A stretch of DNA of 64,000 bases from Candidatus Ozemobacteraceae bacterium (GTDB lineage: Bacteria > Muiribacteriota > Ozemobacteria > Ozemobacterales > Ozemobacteraceae), in the NCBI GenBank assembly GCA_965140445.1, contig OZ223236.1, forward strand, positions 4,384,001-4,448,000, written 5' to 3'. Shown here in pieces: positions 38,266 through 47,719 of the stretch (position 1 is its first letter; the number at the start of each line of letters is the position of its first letter). The notes under the pieces were generated by a model that was not told the origin of the DNA, searched no databases, and saw only the letters and a program-made list of their open reading frames with translations. The translations under genes and the position numbers were made by a program.

Positions 38266-38400
38266 TCAAACGCAAAGTTTCTTGCGTCCACGCAGTCTGC
38301 GGCGTTTCAGGACTTTTCTTCCAGAAACAGTAGAAGCTCTTTTACGATAGCCGTGTGTTTTTGCACGTTTACGTTTGTTAGGATTATAAGTAAAACTCAT
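38266..38400 (-). CDS. rpmH: 50S ribosomal protein L34 (44 aa; below the ORF-track cutoff)
   Basis: Manual translation [51 protein letters not shown]. Confidence 0.96.
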   Translation of the reverse strand: MSFTYNPNKRKRAKTHGYRKRASTVSGRKVLKRRRLRGRKKLCV

Positions 38401-38440
38401 GGTTTATCTCCTGAGGTTGGACTCTAAATAGAAGGTCTTA

Positions 38441-38469
38441 ACTATATATCATTGGCAAAAAAAAGTCAA
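38441..38469 (-). promoter_or_regulatory. sigma70 promoter of the rpmH operon
   Basis: TTGACT, 17 nt, TATAGT. Confidence 0.75.
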
Positions 38470-38543
38470 CATATTTACCCCTAAACATTAGAGGAGAGTA
38501 GAAATTTCTCAAAGATTATAATAAAAAGGGTACACAATCAATT

Positions 38544-41500
38544 CTAAGAAAAAGAAAAAACAGAAATTTCATCTTTTTTTCCCTTAACTCTGATTGTAGA
38601 ATATGAAATTTTTTGATTATTGAAATAAGTATTTTCCTTAGACTCCAGGCAAACCCAATTTTTGAGGTTTATATCAGCCACAACAGAATCTGGATGATCT
38701 AAAGTACATAACCTCGCTGCCAAATTAACCTTATCTCCAATAATAGCCTGTTCCTGACGCACTTCTTTAACCCCAATGATTCCTGTATAAATATTTCCTG
38801 CTGAAAGGCCAACTTTCACCTTACAACCGCAAGAATGCAGTTCTTCAATTAAAATTTTAGAAACAAGCGAAGCAGCATTAAGAGCAGTCACGACAGCTTC
38901 ACAACGGGAAGAAAATTTTCGAGCATAAAAAACCGCCAAAACTTTTTCTCCAATAAATTTATTAATCTCTCCACCGCTCTCGCTCATGATATGGCAAACC
39001 TGTTGGAAAAAGGCGTTTAAACTTTTCAATGCCCTCTGCGGGGGAAGAGTTGAAAGTGCATTCTTAAAATCTTCCATCTGCACAAACATAATCACAGCCT
39101 CTTCAGCTTGAGACTTCGAAACTTCTGAACTATCAATTTCGGATTTAACAAACTCAAAAGCTGTTTCTCCTACAAATTTCTTTAAAATCTGTCCACTCTC
39201 AACACTTTCTGCGAGCTGATTGAATTCACTCCCCAAATCTTGAATTTCTCTGTCACACTCCTCAACATTTATCCTTCTTGAAAAATTCCCTTCAACTATA
39301 TCTTTTGAGGCAGAACTGAGATCCATAATCGGCTTGAGAATCTCGGAAGCAATTCTTCCGCCTAGAAAAATAGCCAAAACAAAAACGACAATTATCAATG
39401 CCTGTACATTTCTCTTAAACAACTTCAACTTGCTCAATATTTCGTCCAAAGGAACCAAAATAATCGCACAAAACTCATCTGCCTCTTTACTTGGTTGAAC
39501 AAACAAAAACCACTTTTCACCAGCCCATTTTATTTCGGAAATCAGAGGCTGCCCAATTTTTACAGCGCTATAAACAGACCTGGAAAATACTTCAGGGAAA
39601 TAATCATAAAGCATCAACATTGAATTGCCTGTTCTTCCAACATAAGCTTTCCAAAAAGGATATCGCAAAAACCAGCTATTCCAGTTTTTAAAACCAATTA
39701 ACCGCATAGAGTTTTTTATAGAGCTATTTTTTGACCCTTCTGACCAATCTCTAAAAAACTGCCTATAAAGCGACGGAAAATGTACAGCTGTTTGAAAAAC
39801 ATGATCCATATTGTCTTTCAAACCAAAGAAACGGTGATATAGCTGAACCTGCTTTCCCCAACCCTTCAGTTGATCCAACGACTTAATTGTCTGTCCTGCA
39901 AAAGGAAAAAATCTCTCAGGCAAGATAGTCCTAAAATAACCAAAAAGTTCCTCAGTCTGGGCTTCCAGAAGCAAATTTTCCTTACCTTGGGGGACTTTAT
40001 AATCAGGATTGAATCGTTTCAATGCATCCCTGAAAAAAGTTATGCCAAAATTTGTAAGAAATCTCTTATCATTTTTTTCGTTACCAGGAAAAAAGCTGAA
40101 AGCATAATTGTCCGCCCTCAAAATCATAATATTTTTTAAGTGAACCCCATAAGCAAAAATAGCATCAGAAATGCTTTTTAAAATGACATCTTCAAAGTTA
40201 GTTTTTTCTACAGATTTACCTGAGTATTTTTTTAGCTTTAAAAGTTGATCTCTTAACTTGGAGCTAGTTATCAATTTATCAAGCTCGGCACAAACCCAGG
40301 ACTTATACAACCCCAGGCCAGCCTCAAAATTTCTTAGAGTTTGAACTCCACTATTTTGAACCTTTTGCAAAGTCCTCTGCTCTTTTTCTTCAAGATATCT
40401 TTCCATCATCTCCCAACCCAGAAAAGTCGGTGGAAAAAGCAAAATGAAAATGATTACTGAAACCTGCGTTTTTAACCCTAAAGTTACCTTTTTATTCATT
40501 ACGAAATAGCAGCCAGTTCCCCAGATAATTGCAAAAACCCAACAACAAAGAAGCGTAAACAATATTGGGCTGAAACCTCCAATAGTCTTAGTAGAGGCTG
40601 GAAGCCTTCTTGATAAGTTTACCGAAATAGAGTGTCGGAGTAATATTTCAGCCTGAGTTTGCAACTCATTGCCAACCTGAATAAACCCTGACCTATTGCT
40701 TTCAGATTCTTTAATAAACGAAGACCTAATGCCCTTTAAAGATTGATTATTAAACGCTTCTGCTTTTGAAAATTTTAGAAACAAGCCGTCTTCTGCAAAA
40801 TTCTCTGCAGCAGCTTTTAACAAAACCTGCTCTTCAACTGATCTGATTTTTTTTGAGTCATATACAACCGAAATCGCGCCCAGGAGCTGAACAAAATTTA
40901 AATCTCGAGGATCTCCGTTCAAAAGATTCATTTTGCCTAGTCTTTTCGGATTGTCCACCCAATTTGAAAAAAAGAATGGTGACCAAAAATATTGCTTGGT
41001 TTTACCTTTTACATAAATAGTAGAAAATTTCCCGGTTGCTGCTCTGGATAAGCCACCGCTAGCCTCATAAGAGCCCCTGTCCAAATTTTCCTCTAATTTT
41101 TTCCCAACAAGAGCGTTAAGTTTATAGTTGAACTTTTTATCAGCAAAATTCTTGATATTGACCAGCATCATATATCTATCAAGGTCTTTATCAATTTGAT
41201 ATCCGTGGGAAAATTTTTCTACAAGGTCGCGCTCTTTAAGTATTTGCTTTGCGTAGTCAGCCGGCACTGTATACTCATAAAATCGCCAACTTAAACCTGG
41301 CAGTTTTGAATAAAATTTATTTTTCAAAAGTCTTTTGAGTTTAGCTTCGATAAAATCTCTGGGAGAAATAACTTTTTGAGATTGATCAATAATTCTACGA
41401 ATATCTCTTCGGATTTTCCAACCAAGCTGATAGTCAAGATTCATTGTTTTACTAACAACAACTATGTCATTTATCAAACGCCTTTTTGTTTCGCCTATTA

Positions 41501-41630
41501 TCTTGTTATTAATCAGCTCTGCTAACCTAGTTCTGCCAACTGAAAAAATGCACAAAATCATAATAGTAAAAAAGGAAATTGTAAAAACAACTAAGGATTT
41601 ATTTTTACCAACTGAACTGAGCCATTTCAA
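38544..41630 (-). CDS. Membrane class III nucleotide cyclase with HAMP, C2-like half (metal-binding Asps lost)
   Basis: About 4 TM segments; HAMP (KPIMDL...EIQDLGSEFN); cyclase domain FVQMEDF, NKFIGEK, IIGDKVNLAARL, VKGK; TTG start overlapping the upstream TGA. Confidence 0.85.
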   Translation of the reverse strand: MKWLSSVGKNKSLVVFTISFFTIMILCIFSVGRTRLAELINNKIIGETKRRLINDIVVVSKTMNLDYQLGWKIRRDIRRIIDQSQKVISPRDFIEAKLKRLLKNKFYSKLPGLSWRFYEYTVPADYAKQILKERDLVEKFSHGYQIDKDLDRYMMLVNIKNFADKKFNYKLNALVGKKLEENLDRGSYEASGGLSRAATGKFSTIYVKGKTKQYFWSPFFFSNWVDNPKRLGKMNLLNGDPRDLNFVQLLGAISVVYDSKKIRSVEEQVLLKAAAENFAEDGLFLKFSKAEAFNNQSLKGIRSSFIKESESNRSGFIQVGNELQTQAEILLRHSISVNLSRRLPASTKTIGGFSPILFTLLCCWVFAIIWGTGCYFVMNKKVTLGLKTQVSVIIFILLFPPTFLGWEMMERYLEEKEQRTLQKVQNSGVQTLRNFEAGLGLYKSWVCAELDKLITSSKLRDQLLKLKKYSGKSVEKTNFEDVILKSISDAIFAYGVHLKNIMILRADNYAFSFFPGNEKNDKRFLTNFGITFFRDALKRFNPDYKVPQGKENLLLEAQTEELFGYFRTILPERFFPFAGQTIKSLDQLKGWGKQVQLYHRFFGLKDNMDHVFQTAVHFPSLYRQFFRDWSEGSKNSSIKNSMRLIGFKNWNSWFLRYPFWKAYVGRTGNSMLMLYDYFPEVFSRSVYSAVKIGQPLISEIKWAGEKWFLFVQPSKEADEFCAIILVPLDEILSKLKLFKRNVQALIIVVFVLAIFLGGRIASEILKPIMDLSSASKDIVEGNFSRRINVEECDREIQDLGSEFNQLAESVESGQILKKFVGETAFEFVKSEIDSSEVSKSQAEEAVIMFVQMEDFKNALSTLPPQRALKSLNAFFQQVCHIMSESGGEINKFIGEKVLAVFYARKFSSRCEAVVTALNAASLVSKILIEELHSCGCKVKVGLSAGNIYTGIIGVKEVRQEQAIIGDKVNLAARLCTLDHPDSVVADINLKNWVCLESKENTYFNNQKISYSTIRVKGKKDEISVFSFS

Positions 41631-44611
41631 AGCTTCCCCTCCAAGCTAACAAGCTCTTTAGCTTGATATGTGGAGTCAATTTCTGAAAACAAACCTTTAT
41701 GATCTGAAAACATTTCTTCAAATCTTTGCGAAACTACTATTCCTGTATACCTGCTAAGCTTTGAAAGTCCCTCTAGCGATTCTGCTTCATGCAAAGTTTC
41801 TCCAACCACGGAGAAATCAAGACGAAATGTGGCATCTCCAATAACTCCAGACAAAACCTTCCCAAAATCTATTCCCACGCCAATTTTGTATTTGAATTTA
41901 TTTCCTGCTTCCCTGTCTTCTTGAATTTTATTGTGCATATTCATTATACCAATCGAAGCATTTAGCGCATTTTTAAATGGAAGGGCACCTTCATTTTCGT
42001 AGAAAACAGCCCAGACAGCGTCTCCCACAAATCGATCAATAATCCCTCCATAGTTTTCAATTATCTCTGAAGTGGCTCCCAAATGCGTATTAACCATCTC
42101 AAAAACCTCTTCGGATGTCTCACGTTCAGAAATAGTCGTAAAAGACCTGATATCTGAAACAAGAATTATGGCATTCTGAAAGGTTCCCGCCCCAGCCTTT
42201 ATAAGGTTTTTTTCCTCAATTACGTTCATAACCTGCGGAGAAACAAACCTGGAAACACCCTTTCTTTCTAACAGCCAATTCACCATAGAGTTTAACTTTT
42301 TCCCAACAAACCCAAATTCATCCTGTCTGTTGTAGTTAAAATCCTGACAAAACTCCCCATTTCGCACTTTCCTGAGTTGATTTCGCATCTGTAGAATAGG
42401 AGAAACTATCCAATATGAAAACCCCTGCAACCCAAGAAAAAGAATCAAAATCAGTGATAAAATCGAGAAAAAAACCAGCAACTTTTCAATATCAACAGCC
42501 TGAAGAATCAAATAATCCGGAGCACGGATTGCAATAACATAACCAGGGATTCTAACCGTTGGCATAGCAACTTCGACACCATCTTTTGAAAATTTTCTTA
42601 CAATTGTGTCACCTGAAAGCCTTGCAATATCTTTTAAACCTTTAATATTTCCTGCTTTCGCTATGCTTCTTAAGCCATTTCCATCATTTCTAAAAATTAC
42701 AAAATCCACGCTTAAACCACGGTTTTGTCGAAATTCCACCGCGGTTTCATAAACCATTTCAGGTAAAATTCTTTCATATTCAACGATCGCATTCTTTGCA
42801 AAAAGGGCAATACCAAATAACTCCGCATTCCTGTATACCGGGTGATAATAATGAAGGAAAACATCATTCCCCCTATCAAAAAGAACAACTCGACCAAAGC
42901 TTTCTCTTATGTAATCCGCATTTTCATAAAGTTTTGAATCATCAACCCCAGCAAACTGTGGAACTCTTTTGTCTTTATACTGAGATACATTATTAAGTAA
43001 AGGCTTTCTATTTTTATTGGGAGAAGCCTGTTCAAGATATGCTCCAATAACTGCACCCAATATATTTGTAGCAGCACTTCCCATATCCGAGGAAGTTTTC
43101 GGATTGTATTTTTTAAAAAGCCATCCCCCTTGAATTGCCGTTAGTATTCCATCTGTTTCCAACCCATTTTCACCAAGAAACTTTTCCCATCTCCCAAGTA
43201 TTTTTTGGTCATCCCATGGTTTCTGTTGAAGCTCAAAGCATTCATTGGAAAACCTTTTATCCTCTACCAATAGTTGACAAGCTCTCTGCATTCTTGCCTG
43301 GATTTTACCTGAACGAACTTCAAAATCAGAGAGTTGTTTTTCGAGAGCTCCTTGCAGCTCCCTCATTCGACCATCTTTGAAGCCTTGCAGCAAAGCGGAC
43401 CAGGTTCCAAATGATAAACCAGCGGGCACTGCACAAAAGGCTAAAAACCAAAAAGAAAGCCTGATTTTTAAAGAAAAAGAACTGGTTTGCCCAAAAATAA
43501 ATCTGTTTGACATAAACAGTAGCCAAAAAGCCCCAACAATCCAGGCGTAAGCTTTTGAAATCTTCAAACGGAAAGTTTCTGGAAGTTTTGGCCGTTCTGA
43601 AATTATCAAACCAAGGTGTCCACAAAGACTTGATAAGACACAAACCCTCACACGGTATTTCCCTACATCCAGAACCCTGCCAACAATCGACCCCGGCAAC
43701 TTAACACTCCCAGACTTGTCATATCCGGTATTTTTTTTCCACTCAAAATTTTGCAATAAAAGTTCTTTTATATCTTTCTCCAAACTCTTTATTCCAGCTA
43801 TGGATTTATGAAAAACAATATTTTGAAAACCTTCCATGGTTAAAGGAGCATAAGCTGGGTAAACGCCATTCCCTTTATCTATTAAATTCCAATTGGCTAT
43901 TATCAGTTCTAACGGCAAAAGCCTTTCTTTTTCACTAACAGGCTGCAAAAGCAAGTAGCCACCAGCTACATTGCCTGTTTCAGGGTTCTTTAAACACTCC
44001 CATAGTAGTAAATAAGGCTTTCCGTCATAAATAACAGGAAAAGGTATGCCACTAAATCGTTTATAAAACAGTTTTTCAGAAACCATCTTCCCAAAAAGAG
44101 CTTTAAGCCTTTGGTTCCAGTTAGAAGAACCAAACCCCGTATCCTCACCCATTTCCTGACGGGCAATATCCAAAAACAATTTTTCTAAAAAGTATTTTTT
44201 ATCTTTTTGAAACCCAGAACTGGTTAGCATTTTCACTTGCTTTTTTGTGGAAAAGCTAAATCCCCATAGCAAAAAATCAGGCGTAAATTTAAGCTTTAGA
44301 GCTTTTGGCAAAAGAGCAATAGAGCTTTCAATAGACTTTTCCGAACTTACATTTGCTAAAAAAAACGAGTTTAATTGGGCCGCTGCAAATTTAATCCAAT
44401 ATTCTGGACTAGAAGCAGCCTTAAACATTTCACTAGTAGAATCTGTTTCTGAAAGCCAGATTCTGTCACTATTTCTTTTTTGACTAATCTTTTCCCCATC
44501 AGGGTCCCAATCCCACATCAGAAAAATAGCAGGAATAATACTCAAAACAAGGAGCATCAACCAGCTTCCCGAAAAAACTTTTTTCCCAAATGCTCTTCGG
44601 TCTTTTTTCAT
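41627..44611 (-). CDS. Membrane class III nucleotide cyclase with HAMP, C1-like half (Asn/Arg/KGK lost)
   Basis: About 4 TM segments; HAMP (SPILQM...DEFGFVGKKLN); cyclase domain VSDIRSFT, DRFVGDA, VVGETLHEAESLE. Confidence 0.85.
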   Translation of the reverse strand: MKKDRRAFGKKVFSGSWLMLLVLSIIPAIFLMWDWDPDGEKISQKRNSDRIWLSETDSTSEMFKAASSPEYWIKFAAAQLNSFFLANVSSEKSIESSIALLPKALKLKFTPDFLLWGFSFSTKKQVKMLTSSGFQKDKKYFLEKLFLDIARQEMGEDTGFGSSNWNQRLKALFGKMVSEKLFYKRFSGIPFPVIYDGKPYLLLWECLKNPETGNVAGGYLLLQPVSEKERLLPLELIIANWNLIDKGNGVYPAYAPLTMEGFQNIVFHKSIAGIKSLEKDIKELLLQNFEWKKNTGYDKSGSVKLPGSIVGRVLDVGKYRVRVCVLSSLCGHLGLIISERPKLPETFRLKISKAYAWIVGAFWLLFMSNRFIFGQTSSFSLKIRLSFWFLAFCAVPAGLSFGTWSALLQGFKDGRMRELQGALEKQLSDFEVRSGKIQARMQRACQLLVEDKRFSNECFELQQKPWDDQKILGRWEKFLGENGLETDGILTAIQGGWLFKKYNPKTSSDMGSAATNILGAVIGAYLEQASPNKNRKPLLNNVSQYKDKRVPQFAGVDDSKLYENADYIRESFGRVVLFDRGNDVFLHYYHPVYRNAELFGIALFAKNAIVEYERILPEMVYETAVEFRQNRGLSVDFVIFRNDGNGLRSIAKAGNIKGLKDIARLSGDTIVRKFSKDGVEVAMPTVRIPGYVIAIRAPDYLILQAVDIEKLLVFFSILSLILILFLGLQGFSYWIVSPILQMRNQLRKVRNGEFCQDFNYNRQDEFGFVGKKLNSMVNWLLERKGVSRFVSPQVMNVIEEKNLIKAGAGTFQNAIILVSDIRSFTTISERETSEEVFEMVNTHLGATSEIIENYGGIIDRFVGDAVWAVFYENEGALPFKNALNASIGIMNMHNKIQEDREAGNKFKYKIGVGIDFGKVLSGVIGDATFRLDFSVVGETLHEAESLEGLSKLSRYTGIVVSQRFEEMFSDHKGLFSEIDSTYQAKELVSLEGKL

Positions 44612-46743
44612 ATTTTTTCTTTGGGTTTCATTTCTTTAAGAAGATCGTTCTTAATTTGATAAACCTCTGACTCAAAATTCTTTTGGCACTTTCCAAAACT
44701 ATCGCAATAAACCAGTTCGGCAAGTCTTTCTAACTTCTCGCGCATGTGTTCCGGGAAAATCTTTTCTTTAAGAAGGAATTCATTAAACTCTTTTGGAGTC
44801 ATCCATGGCTCTCTACTTATTGGTAATAATTGCACCCAATTTAAATACCAGTCTGGTAGATACGCAAAAAGAGGTTTTCGTCTTGTTTTTGACTTTAAAT
44901 TAGGTAAAACAAGGCTAGCAAGAAGTAGGGCAAAAAACATGTAGTCTTTCCATAGCAACTTTAGATTCCATAGTCGACTTAAGTAATCATTTAACCTTGA
45001 TTTAATTAAGCGAAACCCACTGCCCTGAGTTTTGTTGTCAAAACTATAAACAAACCTGAACCAATATCCTTCATAAGCCTCCCATAGAATGGCCAGCGGT
45101 CTGAACAATGCCAGGTCAAATAAACCGTTATCATTAGTATCAAATGGAGTAGGATCAAAAGGAACCCAGCCTTGCCCGGGAAAGTAAACCTCGACCCAGG
45201 TATGAGCATGCCTTTGCCTAACAGTAAAAAAACTTCCAAGTTCATTCCATTCACCCATTGAATAGCCACTAACAGGTCTCGCAGCGATATCCATCCCCCT
45301 AAGCAGCAGAGTTAAAGCTGATGCGAAATGCTCACAACTTCCAGCTTTTGACTTGAATAAAAAATCCTCAACAGGATCTGAAGCGCCAGAAAACTCCTCA
45401 TATAGGGAATACTTACAATTTCTATTCAAATACTCCATTCCTCTGGTCACTGCCTGATTTATAGTTACTGTGCCAGAAGCTAATGATTTTGCCAGTGCTT
45501 GAATTCTTTTGGGAATGCCAAAAGAATTAACATAAGTCCTTTGCCATCCTCGCAAATCAACGTCAGTGATAGGAGCATCTCTAATCTCAAGTGGATTTAG
45601 AATAAAACTTGCCTGGTAACGCTTTCTATTTGTTTCTTTCTTGGTAAAGAAAAAGGACTGATCCTGATGCATTACAAGATACTGTACATCAAAATTTGCT
45701 GAAACAACCTGATCAGGAAAAAAAACAACAGGTGGGTCTGTATTTTCAAGGCTTATTTCAACCCGATGCAAGGCATTCTGGCTAACCGGTTCTTTTACAA
45801 AAACAATTTCGCCAGCAGTTTTTGCCAACTCTACAAACCATTTCCTTTGGGTGTATTTTTGCCACTTGCCGTCAGAATAGACAGCGAAGCTTGTTCCACG
45901 TAGTTTTTTTTCCTTTAATCTCTTTATCACAGAAGTTGATAAAGATTTAGCCTCCAGGGGCTTAACACGCATAATCACAGTAGGATTATCTTCTAAGAAG
46001 CCTCCTTCTCCAAGGGAAAGCTCACCTGAAAACCCTTTAAGCTTTCTTCGCCCAAGATCAGAAGCCAAACCAAAACTTTCAGTTCTTGGAATAAGGTAAA
46101 ACATAAAAACCCATAAGCAGAAAAACAGAACTCCAGCAAAAATGGTTCTTACAGCTCGAAAAGTTTTAAAAGATTCAATTGCTGAAGCACAATAAATTGA
46201 AGTTCCTCGAACAACTTTTTTGCAATCTGAAAAAGTTAACTCTTCTAACGCTAAAAACGAAACAATCAGAAATGGAACCAGGGCAAGTGGAAAAAGGAAA
46301 TTCACATTCATTGCAGCAACAGCCAATATAGCCATTAAAGAAAGAATTAAACTTCCTATTACTCCTCTTCTATCCTTGAGGCCCATAACTTGCAGAGATA
46401 AAATACTAAGATTAAATTCCAACAGCACAATAATTCCAGGCCTTAATGATGAATACCCATTTAGCATGTAAAAAAAAGCAAACAGGCTTAGCAGTTGCAT
46501 TGGAAAACTCTTTATTTGCGGAGGGCGCCCCTTAACAAGAAGAAAACAAAAAACAAAAAATAAAAAATAAGTAAATGGTCTCAAATACCCCGTTGTCCAT
46601 ACAGCAAAAAGACTTGTAATGGCCAAAGTTACCAACAAACGAAATAATCGACTACTTAAAGGCTTGGAAGAATTTGTAGGAAAAAATGTTGCCTCAACCG
46701 AATCCTCTAAAACAATTTGATTGAATTTACTATCTGAATTCAT
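44608..46743 (-). CDS. TgpA-like membrane transglutaminase (DUF3488 + TG core)
   Basis: N-terminal TM bundle; GSCEHFASA, HAHTWVEVY and PFDPT triad. Start moved to ATG 46743, right after the DUF58 stop. Confidence 0.85.
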   Translation of the reverse strand: MNSDSKFNQIVLEDSVEATFFPTNSSKPLSSRLFRLLVTLAITSLFAVWTTGYLRPFTYFLFFVFCFLLVKGRPPQIKSFPMQLLSLFAFFYMLNGYSSLRPGIIVLLEFNLSILSLQVMGLKDRRGVIGSLILSLMAILAVAAMNVNFLFPLALVPFLIVSFLALEELTFSDCKKVVRGTSIYCASAIESFKTFRAVRTIFAGVLFFCLWVFMFYLIPRTESFGLASDLGRRKLKGFSGELSLGEGGFLEDNPTVIMRVKPLEAKSLSTSVIKRLKEKKLRGTSFAVYSDGKWQKYTQRKWFVELAKTAGEIVFVKEPVSQNALHRVEISLENTDPPVVFFPDQVVSANFDVQYLVMHQDQSFFFTKKETNRKRYQASFILNPLEIRDAPITDVDLRGWQRTYVNSFGIPKRIQALAKSLASGTVTINQAVTRGMEYLNRNCKYSLYEEFSGASDPVEDFLFKSKAGSCEHFASALTLLLRGMDIAARPVSGYSMGEWNELGSFFTVRQRHAHTWVEVYFPGQGWVPFDPTPFDTNDNGLFDLALFRPLAILWEAYEGYWFRFVYSFDNKTQGSGFRLIKSRLNDYLSRLWNLKLLWKDYMFFALLLASLVLPNLKSKTRRKPLFAYLPDWYLNWVQLLPISREPWMTPKEFNEFLLKEKIFPEHMREKLERLAELVYCDSFGKCQKNFESEVYQIKNDLLKEMKPKEKI

Positions 46744-46744
46744 G

Positions 46745-47719
46745 TCAAGATAGTCCTTCCCGGGCAAAATTAAAATCCAAAAACTCCCCTTCTGCTTCTG
46801 GGATAAAGTCATCAAGATTTGCCAGAGCAAGCCACTTAAAAACAAATGTTGAGTTTTTACAAATGTCCTGCCAACCGAACTCTCCTTCGTCATTTGGAGC
46901 CCAGACAAACATTCTGCTGGCATTTTTCAAATTATCAACAACCCATCGGGAAACAATTCTTAATGAAGCTTCGAAGCTTTCATTATCCAACCCATCAAAA
47001 CAAAATCTAACCCTTTCAGGACATCCTGTAGGGATCGTCTTCAGTAGAATCCATTCTTTATCAGAGCGGGCAGAAATTTTCCAATTGATTAGAGAAGCAT
47101 CTTCACCCACTCCGTAGGGTTTTTGCATCCAATAATCGCCCTCTCTTCCCTCATAACTTCTACCAGAATCAACCCCCTTGAACCTTTGTTCAAGCTTATG
47201 GGAATAATCAGATGGAAGTGGAGCAGCCCAGCCGTAAAAGTCAGGCATTTCCCTGTATGCTCTAAACAAACCTAACGGGAAAAAGGAAAAAACCTCCAGA
47301 TTCCCAACCAGATAGGCACCACGCAATTTTGGGGTGAACTTTCTTTTTAAGATAACGGTTTCACCTGGAGAAAGTCTTTCAACAATCTCATTTCCAAAAC
47401 CTATCAAACAATGGAAACGCGCCAAAGTAGGGGTCAGGTGACAGTTCAAATGCAGCTGCTCACCAACAAAGCAGGTTTTCCGACACTTCATCTCTAATGA
47501 CAAAGAAGAGATATTTCGATATGACACCAAAAAACCCACTGACAAGCTTGCCAACAGACAACTGCTAATCAAATACAAAAGATTGTTTCCGGTATTTTGA
47601 GCTGCAAACATCAAAAAAACGGCAAGAAACGCTATCCCTCTTCCAAGCCATGTCAATCTGATTCTTAATGGGGGGGTTACGAAATCTCTAACCTCTGCAG
47701 AATTTCTTCTCTTATCCAA
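46745..47719 (-). CDS. DUF58-family protein
   Basis: LTWLG...AAQNTGNNLLY N-terminus, FPLGLF and PYGVGEDASLINWKISAR; downstream of moxR. Confidence 0.8.
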   Translation of the reverse strand: MDKRRNSAEVRDFVTPPLRIRLTWLGRGIAFLAVFLMFAAQNTGNNLLYLISSCLLASLSVGFLVSYRNISSLSLEMKCRKTCFVGEQLHLNCHLTPTLARFHCLIGFGNEIVERLSPGETVILKRKFTPKLRGAYLVGNLEVFSFFPLGLFRAYREMPDFYGWAAPLPSDYSHKLEQRFKGVDSGRSYEGREGDYWMQKPYGVGEDASLINWKISARSDKEWILLKTIPTGCPERVRFCFDGLDNESFEASLRIVSRWVVDNLKNASRMFVWAPNDEGEFGWQDICKNSTFVFKWLALANLDDFIPEAEGEFLDFNFAREGLS

